From assembly GCA_023137195.1 (NCBI GenBank), contig JAGLPV010000010.1, positions 2,947 through 66,946 of the forward strand: 64,000 nucleotides of DNA, read 5' to 3'. Under the pieces are notes generated by a model that saw only the letters and a list, made by a program, of their open reading frames with translations, searched no databases and was not told the origin of the DNA. Source of the stretch: Candidatus Aenigmatarchaeota archaeon. Lineage in GTDB: Archaea > EX4484-52. The translations under genes were made by a program, and so were the position numbers. Numbering within the stretch: position 1 is the first letter of the stretch; each line of letters starts with the position of its first letter. Positions 10,397-21,124 of the stretch are shown in pieces.

Positions 10397-11986
10397 TTAT
10401 AACTTCAAATACGCTCTCAATAAATCTCTAATCTTCTCTTTCCCGGTCATATGAATAAATCCACCCAAACGAGGTCCTCTTTCTTTCCCAAACAAAGCCA
10501 GGTACAATATCCGGAACATATCCCTTGGCTGCTTGTCAAAATCCTTTGCACTATTGTATATCAGCATCTCTATATCCTTCTCTGTTTTACAACCCATTAA
10601 ATTGTCGCAGATATTCTTTATATTCTTCTCAAAACCACCAACATCCAGTTTTTCATCAGCCTTATCAAGCAATGTTAGTTTCATATCTTCAGGCGCATAA
10701 TTATCCAACCAGTATTTCGCGCAACCCAATCGACCAACAATTATTTTCTTATCCAAAACGCTCAATTTACCTCTTCTACCTTCCACAAATCCAAAAGCAT
10801 ATTCTTCTCTTTTCTCGGGAGCAACATACAAAACAATATTCACTGCCTCCTTGAAACTAATCTTTTTTGGCATCTCCTTTATTATTCCTTCAACCTGACT
10901 AAGCTCATACAATCGTTTTACCTGAACTTCCCTTTTCTCGTTCTCAAGATGTTTTTCCTCAAAATAAACTTCCTCTGCCTGATCATAATAATTATAAACA
11001 TTGAATACATCGCTGTCAAAAGGAATATCAAGTGGCTTGTTTATTTTTGCAGTATATATATATTTTACAACACATGGAGAGTATATTTTAAGCAAATCCG
11101 AAACCGTAACAGTATTGCCAAGTGAAGATGACATCTTACCGACATTGCCTTTAACATTTATAAATTCATACATCGGTCCCACAGGAGGTTGTTTCTGAAA
11201 AACATCCCTGCAAATAAGCGTCGAAGTATCCCATGAGCCTCCCTGTGACTTGTGATCTTTCCCTGAACTCTCAAAATCAACCCCATAATGTACCCAGCGC
11301 GATGCCCAGTCTGTCCTCCATCTCAACTTAACATTGCCCTTTTTCCTAAAATCAATAGACTCCTCATTGCCACACGAGCATCTGTACTTCACAGTATAAT
11401 CTTTAACATATTCCAGATTATCTGTTTCCTTGTGACACTCTGAACAAACAACTATTGCAGGAAGCCATTTCTCACCTAAATTCTCCTTACGGAATTTGTT
11501 TAATATATGCTTTATCTTCTCTGCGTTTTTCAGCGCAGTATTTATATTCTCCGCAAATGTACATTTCTCATACAACTCTGTCGCCGAATAATAAACCGGA
11601 TGAATATTAAGACCATTTAATTCTTCAATCAATATTTCCTTAAAATGGTCTGCATAAGACTTATGGCAACCCCATGGGTCTGGAACATTACTCACAGGCA
11701 TCCCGATATATTGTTCATACTTCTTATCAACGCCGGTAGGAACTTTCCTGAACCTGTCATAATCATCCCACATATAAATAAATTTCGCATTAACTTTATT
11801 ATCAAGCAATGCCTGGTAAACAAGATATTGCGTCATCACTTCTCTAAAATTCCCAATATGAACAACCCCTGATGGAGTTATGCCGGTCTCAACAATATAC
11901 GTCTTTTTGTCCGGGTTTTTTTCAATTATCTTTTTCGCATACTGGTCTGCCCAGTGAAGGGATTGAAGAGAATCTTTGCCTGCCAT
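10397..11986 (-). CDS. lysK: Lysyl-tRNA synthetase, class I (archaeal type)
   Basis: HIGN (HIGH-like) and KMSSS motifs, about 530 aa, similar to archaeal LysRS-I. Confidence 0.8.
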   Translation of the reverse strand: MAGKDSLQSLHWADQYAKKIIEKNPDKKTYIVETGITPSGVVHIGNFREVMTQYLVYQALLDNKVNAKFIYMWDDYDRFRKVPTGVDKKYEQYIGMPVSNVPDPWGCHKSYADHFKEILIEELNGLNIHPVYYSATELYEKCTFAENINTALKNAEKIKHILNKFRKENLGEKWLPAIVVCSECHKETDNLEYVKDYTVKYRCSCGNEESIDFRKKGNVKLRWRTDWASRWVHYGVDFESSGKDHKSQGGSWDTSTLICRDVFQKQPPVGPMYEFINVKGNVGKMSSSLGNTVTVSDLLKIYSPCVVKYIYTAKINKPLDIPFDSDVFNVYNYYDQAEEVYFEEKHLENEKREVQVKRLYELSQVEGIIKEMPKKISFKEAVNIVLYVAPEKREEYAFGFVEGRRGKLSVLDKKIIVGRLGCAKYWLDNYAPEDMKLTLLDKADEKLDVGGFEKNIKNICDNLMGCKTEKDIEMLIYNSAKDFDKQPRDMFRILYLALFGKERGPRLGGFIHMTGKEKIRDLLRAYLKL

Positions 11987-12032
11987 ACCAAATATAAGAA
12001 TAAAAAAGTTAAAAAGTTACTTCGCCGTAAAA

Positions 12033-12518
12033 CTAAATAATCTTGACAAAAAACCCAAAAATACTATTCCCACTCAAAACAATCAACGTAACCAAAACTC
12101 CGGCAACCACAACCCCGACAATATTTGCAACCAAAAACTGCTTTGCTTTTACTCCAAGCAAAAATGCAGCCAAAGCCCCGCTATAAACTCCTGAACCCGG
12201 CAGTGGAACCCCAATAAATATTGCCAACCCAACAGTCCCGTACTTTTCAATATAAGCTCTCCCCTTATCCTGTACCCTCAAAACACATCTCTGGTAAATC
12301 TTATCCATAAATTTTATTTTCAGCACATAAGGCAAAAAGAAAATAAGAGCAAAAAAAACAAGTTCCCCTATTATTATATTAGAAAAAACGCATATAAAAA
12401 AACTGCTGAATGCATCCATTTTCAATTTCAATATTGCATAAGGGATGGATGCACGCAATTCCAAAAATGGAAGGAATGTCAGCATGACTATCTCCAGCAT
12501 ATTTTGTATTTGCACCAT
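12033..12518 (-). CDS. Small membrane protein, putative small multidrug-export family (COG2426-like)
   Basis: 161 aa, four hydrophobic helices, PLPGSG motif. Confidence 0.4.
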   Translation of the reverse strand: MVQIQNMLEIVMLTFLPFLELRASIPYAILKLKMDAFSSFFICVFSNIIIGELVFFALIFFLPYVLKIKFMDKIYQRCVLRVQDKGRAYIEKYGTVGLAIFIGVPLPGSGVYSGALAAFLLGVKAKQFLVANIVGVVVAGVLVTLIVLSGNSIFGFFVKII

Positions 12519-12558
12519 ACTGACCTATGTTTTATTCACCTATATTTGTCTAAATACT

Positions 12559-13839
12559 TCACAAAGACACAATTGATATCTTAGATGAAGTTAAATTTGT
12601 CTTTTCCGTACATCCTATACAATTTATTGTGCTTTGCTCTGCTGTCTTCAACAATTCAAGATCAAGTTCGCCGTCAATCACAATAGCAGTAGGATTTTCC
12701 AGTTTTGAAATTACATTTCCCAGTTCTTTTATAGGAACTCTTCCTGCAAATTTATTGTCCTCTTCAAAAATTGCAGCTGCTTTTGTGCCTATTATCTTAT
12801 CTAATTGCTCTTTCAGAAATTTTTTTGTATTCTCATCTGCGCCCTGCCTTGAAACAGATCTTTTTTGTCTGACATCTCTGTTCGCAGGAGAATTTTCAGA
12901 AGAAGGTTTCTTTTTCATAAATCCAAAAAACGATTTACTTTCATTTTTTTCATTGGTCTTTACCGACCGGACAACTACCTTCTTGCTACCGCCATTATCA
13001 TTACTTTTTCCGATATTCTTACTATTACTTTTGTAAGACGACAAAGGAACTTTGTCCCTCAATGCCTTGAATATCTCCTTTTTCGTAAGTTCCTCTACTT
13101 CCTTTCCGACAGGAGCCTTTGTAATAAAGTCTATCTCAGCAATCTGTTTTAATTCCTCTATAATTATATCTCCGCCACGATCCCCGTCAACAAAGACAGT
13201 AACTTCTTTTTTTCTGCTCAGTTCAGGTATTTCTTTTGAAATAGATGTCCCTCCAACAGCAACAGCATTCTTTACGCCATGCCTAAGAAGAGTCAACACA
13301 TCTGCCCGACCCTCGCAAAAAATTACTGAATCCCCTGATTTCACATCAGGACCGGCAGGAAGACCATTATACTCTTCAATCTCCATTGTCCTTACAGATT
13401 CCATCAATTCATCGCTAAGACTTGAAGTCTCAGGAATGTTTGACATAGTCTTTGACAACAGTATCTTTGCCCTCTCGAGTATTTGCTTCCTTTTTACATC
13501 TCTCAAATCCTCGACAGCCTCTATCTTTACATTTACATTACATGGACCTATCCTGTCAACCGTCTCCAATGACGCCGCAATCAATGCTGTCTCTGCAATA
13601 TCAAGACTGGACGGCACCATAACCTTACCGGAAGATTTCCCGTGCTGGGTATTTACTTCAACTTCAATCCTGCCTATTTTACCGCATTTTTGCAATTCCC
13701 TTAAATCAAGATCCTGCCCAAGCAGACTCTCTGTTTGTCCGAATAATGCCCCGATAACATCGTGCTTTTCGATGATTCCATTAACAGTGAAATGCCCTTT
13801 AACGACATATTTTGCTATAGTTTGTGCTAATTTAGCCAT
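12559..13839 (-). CDS. dnaG: Archaeal DnaG primase-like protein (Toprim domain) with a low-complexity C-terminal extension
   Basis: N-terminus KYVVKGHFTVNGIIEKHDVIGALFGQTE is typical of archaeal DnaG. Toprim acidic motifs EGRAD and DGDRGG are present. Confidence 0.75.
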   Translation of the reverse strand: MAKLAQTIAKYVVKGHFTVNGIIEKHDVIGALFGQTESLLGQDLDLRELQKCGKIGRIEVEVNTQHGKSSGKVMVPSSLDIAETALIAASLETVDRIGPCNVNVKIEAVEDLRDVKRKQILERAKILLSKTMSNIPETSSLSDELMESVRTMEIEEYNGLPAGPDVKSGDSVIFCEGRADVLTLLRHGVKNAVAVGGTSISKEIPELSRKKEVTVFVDGDRGGDIIIEELKQIAEIDFITKAPVGKEVEELTKKEIFKALRDKVPLSSYKSNSKNIGKSNDNGGSKKVVVRSVKTNEKNESKSFFGFMKKKPSSENSPANRDVRQKRSVSRQGADENTKKFLKEQLDKIIGTKAAAIFEEDNKFAGRVPIKELGNVISKLENPTAIVIDGELDLELLKTAEQSTINCIGCTEKTNLTSSKISIVSL

Positions 13840-13860
13840 ATTAATTACCTTTTTTATTTT

Positions 13861-14151
13861 TTATTTATTTATAGAAGAAACAGTTATACTATTCAATATG
13901 TCCTTTATATCCTTTGCATCCTTACCGGTTATTGCCACTTGTTTATGTCTATTTGACAATCCCTTTGTTATTGCTATTTGAGTGTTAAATGTATTTTTGA
14001 GCACCTTCAATACGGCTTTATTTGCCTTATTTTTTTCCGGTGCCTCGTTTATGTGAATGTGCAATTTGTCATCAGTAAATATTATTTTTTGTGTATTTGA
14101 CAAAGGATGAACATATATATCTAATTTAATTATTCCTTCCTTACTTATCAT
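13861..14151 (-). CDS. DUF167/YggU-family small protein
   Basis: 96 aa, with a KANKAV ... ITKGLSNRHKQVAITG pattern reminiscent of UPF0235. Confidence 0.4.
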   Translation of the reverse strand: MISKEGIIKLDIYVHPLSNTQKIIFTDDKLHIHINEAPEKNKANKAVLKVLKNTFNTQIAITKGLSNRHKQVAITGKDAKDIKDILNSITVSSINK

Positions 14152-14208
14152 GCTTTATAAATGAGTAATCATTAAAAAACTATGCAATAAAGATATGTAT
14201 ACCACACT

Positions 14209-14281
14209 AGCCCTGTAGTCTAGTGGCCAAGGATACAAGGCTCTGAACCTTGTGACGGAGGTTCGAATCCTCCCGGGGCTA
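14209..14281 (+). tRNA. tRNA-Gln (anticodon CTG)
   Basis: Acceptor AGCCCTG/CGGGGCT, anticodon stem CAAGG/CCTTG with loop CTCTGAA, T arm GGAGG-TTCGAAT-CCTCC, discriminator A. The gene ends 18 nt before the metG ATG. Confidence 0.8.
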
Positions 14282-14299
14282 TCTCCTAATTATTCCAAT

Positions 14300-15964
14300 A
14301 TGGCAAAAAAATATCTAATTACATCAGCACTGCCCTACATCAACAATATCCCGCATCTTGGCAATTTTATCCCTCTTCTAAGATCAGACATACATGTCCG
14401 CATTAAAAAACTCCAGGGCAAAGATGTCCTCTACATCTGCGCAACAGACGAGTCCGGAACCAGGACAGAAATAGAAGCAGAAAAAAAGCACATGACCGAA
14501 GAGCAATACTGCAAAATAATGCACAAAAAATTCAAAGAAATCCTGGACTGGTTCTCTATCGACCTGGACTATTTCGGAAGAACCAGCTCAAAATCAAATC
14601 ATGAACTGACAAAAGAAATATTCATGGATCTAAACAAACAAGGCTACATCTGCGAAAAAGAAGTCACCCTTCTTTACTGCCCGGACTGCAAACGATACCT
14701 CCCCGACTCCTATGTAGAAGGCACATGCCCTCATTGCAAAACCCCTGGAGCAAAAGGAGACCAGTGCGACGCCTGCTCAAAATTCATAAACCCTGAAGAG
14801 CTTATAGAACCCAAATGCAAACTTTGCGGGCAAAAACCAACAGTAAAAAAAGACAAGCACCTTTTCCTCGATTTGCCAAAATTCTCCAATAAATTAAAAA
14901 AATACATTGAAGAAAACAAAAATTTCCACGGAATTGAAAGAAACCTCCCTCTTGCATGGATAAAAGAAGGTCTGGAACCAAGATGCATCAGCAGAAACCT
15001 AAAATGGGGTGTAAAAATCCCAATCAAAGGCTATGAAGACAAAGTCTTTTACGTATGGTTCGACGCCCCAATAGGCTATATTGCCGCAACAAAAGATTAC
15101 TGCGATAAAAACAATCTAAACTACAAAGATTACTGGCAAAACAAAGACACCCAAATAATCCATTTCATGGGAAAAGACAACGTCCCTTTCCACACAATAA
15201 TCTGGCCATCGGAATTGATGAGCAACAAAAAATGGAACCTACCCTCCCGCATATACTCAAACGAATTCCTAAATTATCTAAGCGGAAAATTCTCCAAATC
15301 AAACAACCGCGGCGTATTCTGCGATGATGTTCTAAAACTCAAATACAACAGCGACACATGGCGCTTTTACCTCTCCTCTGTCCTCCCTGAAGGAAAAGAC
15401 AGCGACTTTGAATGGCAGGAATTCATGGACAAAATAAACAACGAACTCATTGCAAATTACGCAAACTTCGCCTACAGGATAATCTCGATAGCAAAAAGAT
15501 TCGGAGAGATTACTCCCTTAACTGAAGAAAAATTAAATAAAAGCGAAAAAGACATATTAAAAAAAATAAAAGAAAATATCGCCAATTATCTAAATGAAAA
15601 CACCCGTGGTAATCTAAAGGAAGCCCTCAGGAATGCACTTAATGTAAGCTCTCTTGGAAACCAGTATTTCCAGGAAAACAAGCCATGGGAACTAATTAAA
15701 GACGACAACAAAAAAGAAGAGGCAAATCACGTACTCTGGTTCTCTTTTTCCATCCTGCTCAACGTAAGCCTTTTGCTTCATCCATTCATTCCAACCAAAA
15801 CAAAGGAAATCATCAACCTTATTGCCCCTGGATTCAGCATAAACAACGCCCTAAAAGACAAAAAACCATCGATAATAAATAAAAATATTACAATAACCGA
15901 AGCAAAACCATTATTTGCAAAAATTGAAGAAGAGGAAATTAAAGAGTTGAAGAAGAAGTTTTAA
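14300..15964 (+). CDS. metG: Methionyl-tRNA synthetase
   Basis: HLGN and KFSKS class I motifs plus a Zn-knuckle CPDC ... CPHC. The start is chosen at ATG 14300, because the longer ORF from 14252 would overlap the tRNA. Confidence 0.8.
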   Translation: MAKKYLITSALPYINNIPHLGNFIPLLRSDIHVRIKKLQGKDVLYICATDESGTRTEIEAEKKHMTEEQYCKIMHKKFKEILDWFSIDLDYFGRTSSKSNHELTKEIFMDLNKQGYICEKEVTLLYCPDCKRYLPDSYVEGTCPHCKTPGAKGDQCDACSKFINPEELIEPKCKLCGQKPTVKKDKHLFLDLPKFSNKLKKYIEENKNFHGIERNLPLAWIKEGLEPRCISRNLKWGVKIPIKGYEDKVFYVWFDAPIGYIAATKDYCDKNNLNYKDYWQNKDTQIIHFMGKDNVPFHTIIWPSELMSNKKWNLPSRIYSNEFLNYLSGKFSKSNNRGVFCDDVLKLKYNSDTWRFYLSSVLPEGKDSDFEWQEFMDKINNELIANYANFAYRIISIAKRFGEITPLTEEKLNKSEKDILKKIKENIANYLNENTRGNLKEALRNALNVSSLGNQYFQENKPWELIKDDNKKEEANHVLWFSFSILLNVSLLLHPFIPTKTKEIINLIAPGFSINNALKDKKPSIINKNITITEAKPLFAKIEEEEIKELKKKF

Positions 15965-15999
15965 TTTCTCTGTATAAAATCATCTGCCAAAAGCAGATT

Positions 16000-17667
16000 T
16001 TAATATATATCTCCTTTCCGAATAAGCGACAACAACATTATAAATCCCAACAACGCAGCCAGCATAAATCCTAAAATCCCGACCACAGGAAACCCAAACA
16101 ACAATACCCCCTTATCAGACGTCATAATCAGGGCAGAAGCAACAATAATAGCAGAAATTATCAACGCAAAAGAAAGCCTGTTAGTAACTCTGTCCATCTC
16201 CCTTGCAATCACTTCCAGGTTCTTATGCTCTAAATTTACAGTCATCCCTTTCTTCCCGAAATTTTCAACAAAATTCCTTAAAGACTCAGGAAATTCATCA
16301 AGCATATACTCCATGTCAAAAAGAGCATTTTTCAGCCGGTCAGCCATTCTTTTAGGACTCACTTTTTTTCGTATTATATCCTTTACAAATGGCTTGCATT
16401 CCTCAACAGTATTAAACTCCTTGTCCAATCTCTCCCCGTTAGACTCCACTAGAACAAGTGCCCTTACAAAAAAATACAAATCCCGGGGTATATTCAGCCT
16501 ATACTTAAAGAACAGGAAAAACAAATCCCGTATGAATTTTCCCATCTTTAAATTCTTAAGAGCAACATTGTAGTAATAATCCTTCAAATCATATATATCA
16601 TTTTTCAACCCTTCAACATCTGTATCTATTGTTATTATGCGCATGTTTTTGAACTGCTTAATCATGCCTTCAATATCTCCGCTTATCATGAATATGAACA
16701 AATTAGAAATATCATTTAATACTGGCTGGCTGAATCGCCCGGTCATCCCAAAATCAAGCAACGCCAATTTGTTATTTGGAAGTATATACAGATTGCTTGG
16801 ATGTGGATCTGCATTAAAAAAACCATGAATATACACCTGCTTAAAAAAAGCATTTGCCTGCAACTTCGCTATTCTTCTTTTATTAACAGGAAACTTATAT
16901 TTCCTATTATCTCCAAACAAATCCTTTAATTTTTCTCCCTCGATAAAATCCATTGTCAGTACATGCTCTGTTGTATGGCTCCATATGATTTCAGGAACAA
17001 AAATATCCTTGTCATTCAAAAAATTATACCTAAAAATATCTGCATTTTTCCCCTCGACAATGTAATCCAATTCCTTATGAATATACCTGTCAAACTGCCC
17101 TATAACTGTTTTCAAATCCAGGTTTCTTGAAAAAGCATGCTTTTCAACAACAGAAGACATATAATACATTATCCTCAAATCACTTTCCAGCTCTTTCTTT
17201 ATGCCCGGCCTCTGTACTTTCACAATAACTTTTTTCTTATTTCTCAACACAGCACCATAAACCTGACCAATAGATGCTGAAGCAATAGGATTTTTGTCAA
17301 ATGACAAAAACAATTTACTGATTGGCTTCTTTAATTCCCTTTCAATCTGCTTTTCTGCTAAATTATAACTAAACGGCGGAACACTATCCTGTAATTTTCC
17401 AAGCTCTTCTGCAATGTCCACCCCGACCAAATCCGCCCGGGTACTCATCATCTGACCCAATTTAATAAAAGAAACTCCCATCTCCTCGAACATTTTTCTT
17501 ATCTTTTGTGGAGTAGAAAGAGCACTCAATGCCTCATCTTTTTTAAGCATTGAAATAAACTTAACATTCTGGTTCTTATCCAAGATATAAGAATAGCCAT
17601 ATTTCACAAATATCTTGATTATCTGCCTAAATCTTTTTGCATCCTGTATTTTTTTTATTGTATACAT
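16000..17667 (-). CDS. ABC1/UbiB-family atypical protein kinase
   Basis: ASASIGQVYGA motif and a kinase-like core followed by a C-terminal TM segment. Confidence 0.65.
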   Translation of the reverse strand: MYTIKKIQDAKRFRQIIKIFVKYGYSYILDKNQNVKFISMLKKDEALSALSTPQKIRKMFEEMGVSFIKLGQMMSTRADLVGVDIAEELGKLQDSVPPFSYNLAEKQIERELKKPISKLFLSFDKNPIASASIGQVYGAVLRNKKKVIVKVQRPGIKKELESDLRIMYYMSSVVEKHAFSRNLDLKTVIGQFDRYIHKELDYIVEGKNADIFRYNFLNDKDIFVPEIIWSHTTEHVLTMDFIEGEKLKDLFGDNRKYKFPVNKRRIAKLQANAFFKQVYIHGFFNADPHPSNLYILPNNKLALLDFGMTGRFSQPVLNDISNLFIFMISGDIEGMIKQFKNMRIITIDTDVEGLKNDIYDLKDYYYNVALKNLKMGKFIRDLFFLFFKYRLNIPRDLYFFVRALVLVESNGERLDKEFNTVEECKPFVKDIIRKKVSPKRMADRLKNALFDMEYMLDEFPESLRNFVENFGKKGMTVNLEHKNLEVIAREMDRVTNRLSFALIISAIIVASALIMTSDKGVLLFGFPVVGILGFMLAALLGFIMLLSLIRKGDIY

Positions 17668-17757
17668 ACTATTGTCATGTAAATTAATTATATATTAAAG
17701 TATTTAAAAGAAACTATTTTTCCGATTGTATGTCTTTTAACCAAGGTTTATAACAAT

Positions 17758-18339
17758 TTACTGCTCTTCTTCAGCCAGCTCTTTCTTGATTTTTTCGCCC
17801 AGATCATCCTTGACTTCAGCCTCTGCACTCAACTCTCCCATCAACTCTTTCTTCAGGTTATCTTCCTCTTCCTTATCCTCTAAACCATGGCTCCCCAGCG
17901 CAGCATCCATTGTCAAAGCAAGATTCTCTGCCATCGCCTGTGTTTTTTCCGACGCCTTCTGTATATGAGAGACCGCTTTGTTTATTCTGGACGGGTCAAT
18001 CCCGAGCTTTGCCTGAATCTGGGCAAAATCCTCAGTAACATCAACCATCTCTTTCATTCCTTTTTGCATCTGGATTGCATCATCCATCGCTGTTGCAGTA
18101 TCGGTCAGCCCTTCAACATATTTCAACTGCTTTTGTGCCATAGTATATCTCTGGCTGACTCTCTTGAATCTCCTTTCATCTCCTTCCTTTAACGCCTGCT
18201 TTGCTTCTTCTTTATTTTTATTGACAATATTCCTTGTCTTGCTTTCTCTCTTCTGGATTTTTGCAGTAATTATTCTCAGGTTGACCTCCATCTCTTCGGG
18301 AGTTATTTTTTTTTTAAATAGATTAAACATTTTTATCAC
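17758..18339 (-). CDS. Snf7/ESCRT-III-like coiled-coil protein (alternatively PspA-like)
   Basis: N-terminus MFNLFKKKITPEE, then basic coiled-coil helices and an acidic C-terminal tail EEEDNLKKELMGELSAEAE, as in CHMP/Snf7 proteins. Confidence 0.45.
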   Translation of the reverse strand: MIKMFNLFKKKITPEEMEVNLRIITAKIQKRESKTRNIVNKNKEEAKQALKEGDERRFKRVSQRYTMAQKQLKYVEGLTDTATAMDDAIQMQKGMKEMVDVTEDFAQIQAKLGIDPSRINKAVSHIQKASEKTQAMAENLALTMDAALGSHGLEDKEEEDNLKKELMGELSAEAEVKDDLGEKIKKELAEEEQ

Positions 18340-18408
18340 TCACATAATTCTTATAATATTATTAAAAAGAAAATTATATATAATTTAGGTTAAAAAACGT
18401 CAATTAAA

Positions 18409-18915
18409 TCAGCACGCCTCCTGACCTGCTTCATTTATACGACAAAATTTTGTTGCCTTTACTCCGGTTGATGGCTCATCCAATCTAACTGTAAACTCAT
18501 GTCCATTAGTTGAAACCCATGCCTCTGTACCTGCTATTGCCTCACAACTCTCTCCTGGAGCCAATCCAGTTCCTCCTACACAATCACCACCAGTGAAATA
18601 ATTATCTAATGTATCTATGTATTTTCCATCATAATAAACTTCAATATCATCTATATCTTCGCTATTAAATGTATAACTTCCTGAATTTCTTACCAATATA
18701 GCTATAGTACCGCCACTATCTTCCCATGCTGCTGTTATTGTTAAACCAGCAGTGGCTTTCTTCCTCATTTCCTCCTGCTGTTTAGAAATATCATCCTGCA
18801 TATCTTCCTGCATCTTGGTCAACCACATAAATGCAACTCCACCAACTGCAACTGTCATCATCAATAATAACACTACCGCAATAACGGGTGTCACTGCCTT
18901 TCTTTTTAATACCAT
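18409..18915 (-). CDS. Archaeal type IV pilin-like protein with class III signal peptide
   Basis: N-terminus KRKAVTPVIAVVLLLMMTVAVGG is a typical prepilin-peptidase substrate signal. Confidence 0.55.
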   Translation of the reverse strand: MVLKRKAVTPVIAVVLLLMMTVAVGGVAFMWLTKMQEDMQDDISKQQEEMRKKATAGLTITAAWEDSGGTIAILVRNSGSYTFNSEDIDDIEVYYDGKYIDTLDNYFTGGDCVGGTGLAPGESCEAIAGTEAWVSTNGHEFTVRLDEPSTGVKATKFCRINEAGQEAC

Positions 18916-19078
18916 ATTAAATCACTTCTTTTATTTAAATCCTATTTTTTATATATTATATAAACCATAATTATATATAGTTTTCGGCTTACATGTTTTT
19001 TACCAAACTAAAACATAGGGCATAAACCAAAAACCAAACCACTACTAAACTTATATAAATATTAATAACAAATATATA

Positions 19079-20260
19079 TTGTCTATGGAAGAAAAGAAAA
19101 AAACTGAATCTTCAGATTCTGTAAATTTAAACAAAAGAATGAGTTCTCTTGAAGACATCAACCTGCTCGCAAAACTCGACATAATTCACCTACAGGACAA
19201 CTACGAGACAATAGAAAACCGTGTCGGAGAACTGGAAGAACACCTGAAAGTATTTGAAGAAATGACTCTCTGCGCAACAACAGGACTAAAAAAAGACATA
19301 GATAAACAAAGCGCAACAGATATATCCACAAAAAACATAAATAAAATAGTAGACAATAAAACACTTCCTATTCCTGAAGACAACATGCCTGAAATCCAAA
19401 AGCAACTAAATGAAACAAAAAGGCAGATAGAATTATTAAAAAAGACAAAAACAATTCAAAGCAGTACTGGCGAAAGCACAGAACTAAATGAACGCATAAA
19501 CAAATGCGAAAAACTGCTGACATTCTTAAAGGAAAGAATAGACAAAATAAATTACATAAGCTCACAAATCAACATACAGACAAAAGAATTAGAGGAGTTA
19601 AAGACAGAAAACAACACTAAAACAAAAGAAATGTCGAACATATACGATCGGTTCACTAACCTAAAAACATTTGTCTTGGGAAATATAAAAAATAAAGGCT
19701 CTAAAGCAACCCAAAAGACCCCTGTAATCGCCATGGATGAAAACAAGCTCAACTCAATTGAAAAAAAGATTGAAAAATTAACCAATCATATAGAAACACT
19801 GAAAAAAGAACAAAAAATAAAAAAAGAGCAGATTGTGCCTGTAAGAACCCCTATAAAAGAAACAGAACCTATTTCACCCCCGGATCCAGCTCCAATAATA
19901 GAAAAAGAAGAGTCAAAACCGCAAGCCCCAATAGAAGAAGAACCAACAATTCCTATTGTGCGTGAATTATCTCATTCAAAAACAAAAACCAACTACGATG
20001 CAAAAGAAATAGAAACAGATCTCCTTGCAGAATTTGAGAAAAAAGCAAAAAAAATCATGGGTGGACCTCAAACCAATAAAAAACAGATTAGTAAAAAAGA
20101 AAAAAACAATGATGACGAGGAAACAATAAATCTCGAAGATGATGAACTTCTAAATGAAATAGAAACATTTGAAAAAGAAATAAAACAAAAGAGAAAATCA
20201 ATTAAAACAGAAAGTAAAAAAGCAAAAATAGATACAACAAACCCTGCTATAGTAGAATAA
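19079..20260 (+). CDS. Hypothetical Lys/Glu-rich coiled-coil protein
   Basis: 393-aa low-complexity charged ORF; no domain recognised. Confidence 0.4.
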   Translation: MSMEEKKKTESSDSVNLNKRMSSLEDINLLAKLDIIHLQDNYETIENRVGELEEHLKVFEEMTLCATTGLKKDIDKQSATDISTKNINKIVDNKTLPIPEDNMPEIQKQLNETKRQIELLKKTKTIQSSTGESTELNERINKCEKLLTFLKERIDKINYISSQINIQTKELEELKTENNTKTKEMSNIYDRFTNLKTFVLGNIKNKGSKATQKTPVIAMDENKLNSIEKKIEKLTNHIETLKKEQKIKKEQIVPVRTPIKETEPISPPDPAPIIEKEESKPQAPIEEEPTIPIVRELSHSKTKTNYDAKEIETDLLAEFEKKAKKIMGGPQTNKKQISKKEKNNDDEETINLEDDELLNEIETFEKEIKQKRKSIKTESKKAKIDTTNPAIVE

Positions 20261-20266
20261 ACTCTT

Positions 20267-21115
20267 TTACAAAGCACAGGCAAATATTCCTGCCAGCATA
20301 ATGATTACTGCTAGTTTTTCAAGGCGCTGGCATTCCGGAGCATATTTAACCGGGTTAAAAAGCAGACGAATAATGCAGTAAAACAAGACCGTATCTGCAA
20401 AAAATATTGCCAAAACATATAGTTTCCCAAAATATTCCATTAATCCTAAGCTTATTATAATCGACGTGCCAAGTGTCAAAGCACCTAATGCACCTGCGTG
20501 CTTAGCACTGAATTGCGTCGCTATTGTCTTTTTCCTCTTGCTGTCCCCTGCAATATCTTCAATATCCTTTGTAATCTCCCTTCCAAGCATTGCAAAAAAG
20601 GAAAGCAAAAAAAGCTTTACAACCAGATCAAAACCACTCATTAAAATAGTTCCGGCATATAAAAACACACTGCCGCACAAATAAGCAACAACAAAATTTC
20701 CAAGTATTGTTTTTTGCTTCAATTTTGAATAGATTGTCAAAATCACGATGTTTACCAGCGCAACAAAAAAAGCATAAACATTAACAAAAAAACTCAATAC
20801 CAACCCGACAGAAAAAAGAGCAAAAGTAAAGTAAAGCGCCTGTTTTTTTGTGATTATCTTTGAAGGAATCGGACGCTTAGGCTTGTTAATTTTATCAATT
20901 TCTGCATCATAATAATCATTTACTGCATTGCCTCCCCCCGTAATCAAAAATACTGCCAATGCAGCCAAAAAGGTCTTGAAAAAAAAAGAAGTATAAATAA
21001 TACCGCCAATTTTGGACATCAGCAAAACAACTATAAAAACACTAAAAAACGAAATAAAACAATTGCTTAATCTCAACAGAGATAAAAAACCCCTGATATT
21101 TTTAGATATCATCAT
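20267..21115 (-). CDS. UbiA-family prenyltransferase, probably digeranylgeranylglyceryl phosphate synthase
   Basis: NDYYDAEID ... RPIPSG motif and multiple TM helices. Confidence 0.65.
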   Translation of the reverse strand: MMISKNIRGFLSLLRLSNCFISFFSVFIVVLLMSKIGGIIYTSFFFKTFLAALAVFLITGGGNAVNDYYDAEIDKINKPKRPIPSKIITKKQALYFTFALFSVGLVLSFFVNVYAFFVALVNIVILTIYSKLKQKTILGNFVVAYLCGSVFLYAGTILMSGFDLVVKLFLLSFFAMLGREITKDIEDIAGDSKRKKTIATQFSAKHAGALGALTLGTSIIISLGLMEYFGKLYVLAIFFADTVLFYCIIRLLFNPVKYAPECQRLEKLAVIIMLAGIFACAL

Positions 21116-21124
21116 CTTTTTTAA

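Noticed and set aside
12629-13981. Several long plus-strand ORFs (for example 13052-13981, 309 aa) inside dnaG
   Set aside because: They lie antisense to a well-supported gene and their Ser/Phe/Ile-rich composition is characteristic of shadow ORFs.
14252-14299. Longer metG ORF starting at 14252
   Set aside because: It would overlap tRNA-Gln (14209-14281). ATG 14300 gives the canonical MAKKYLITSALPY N-terminus.
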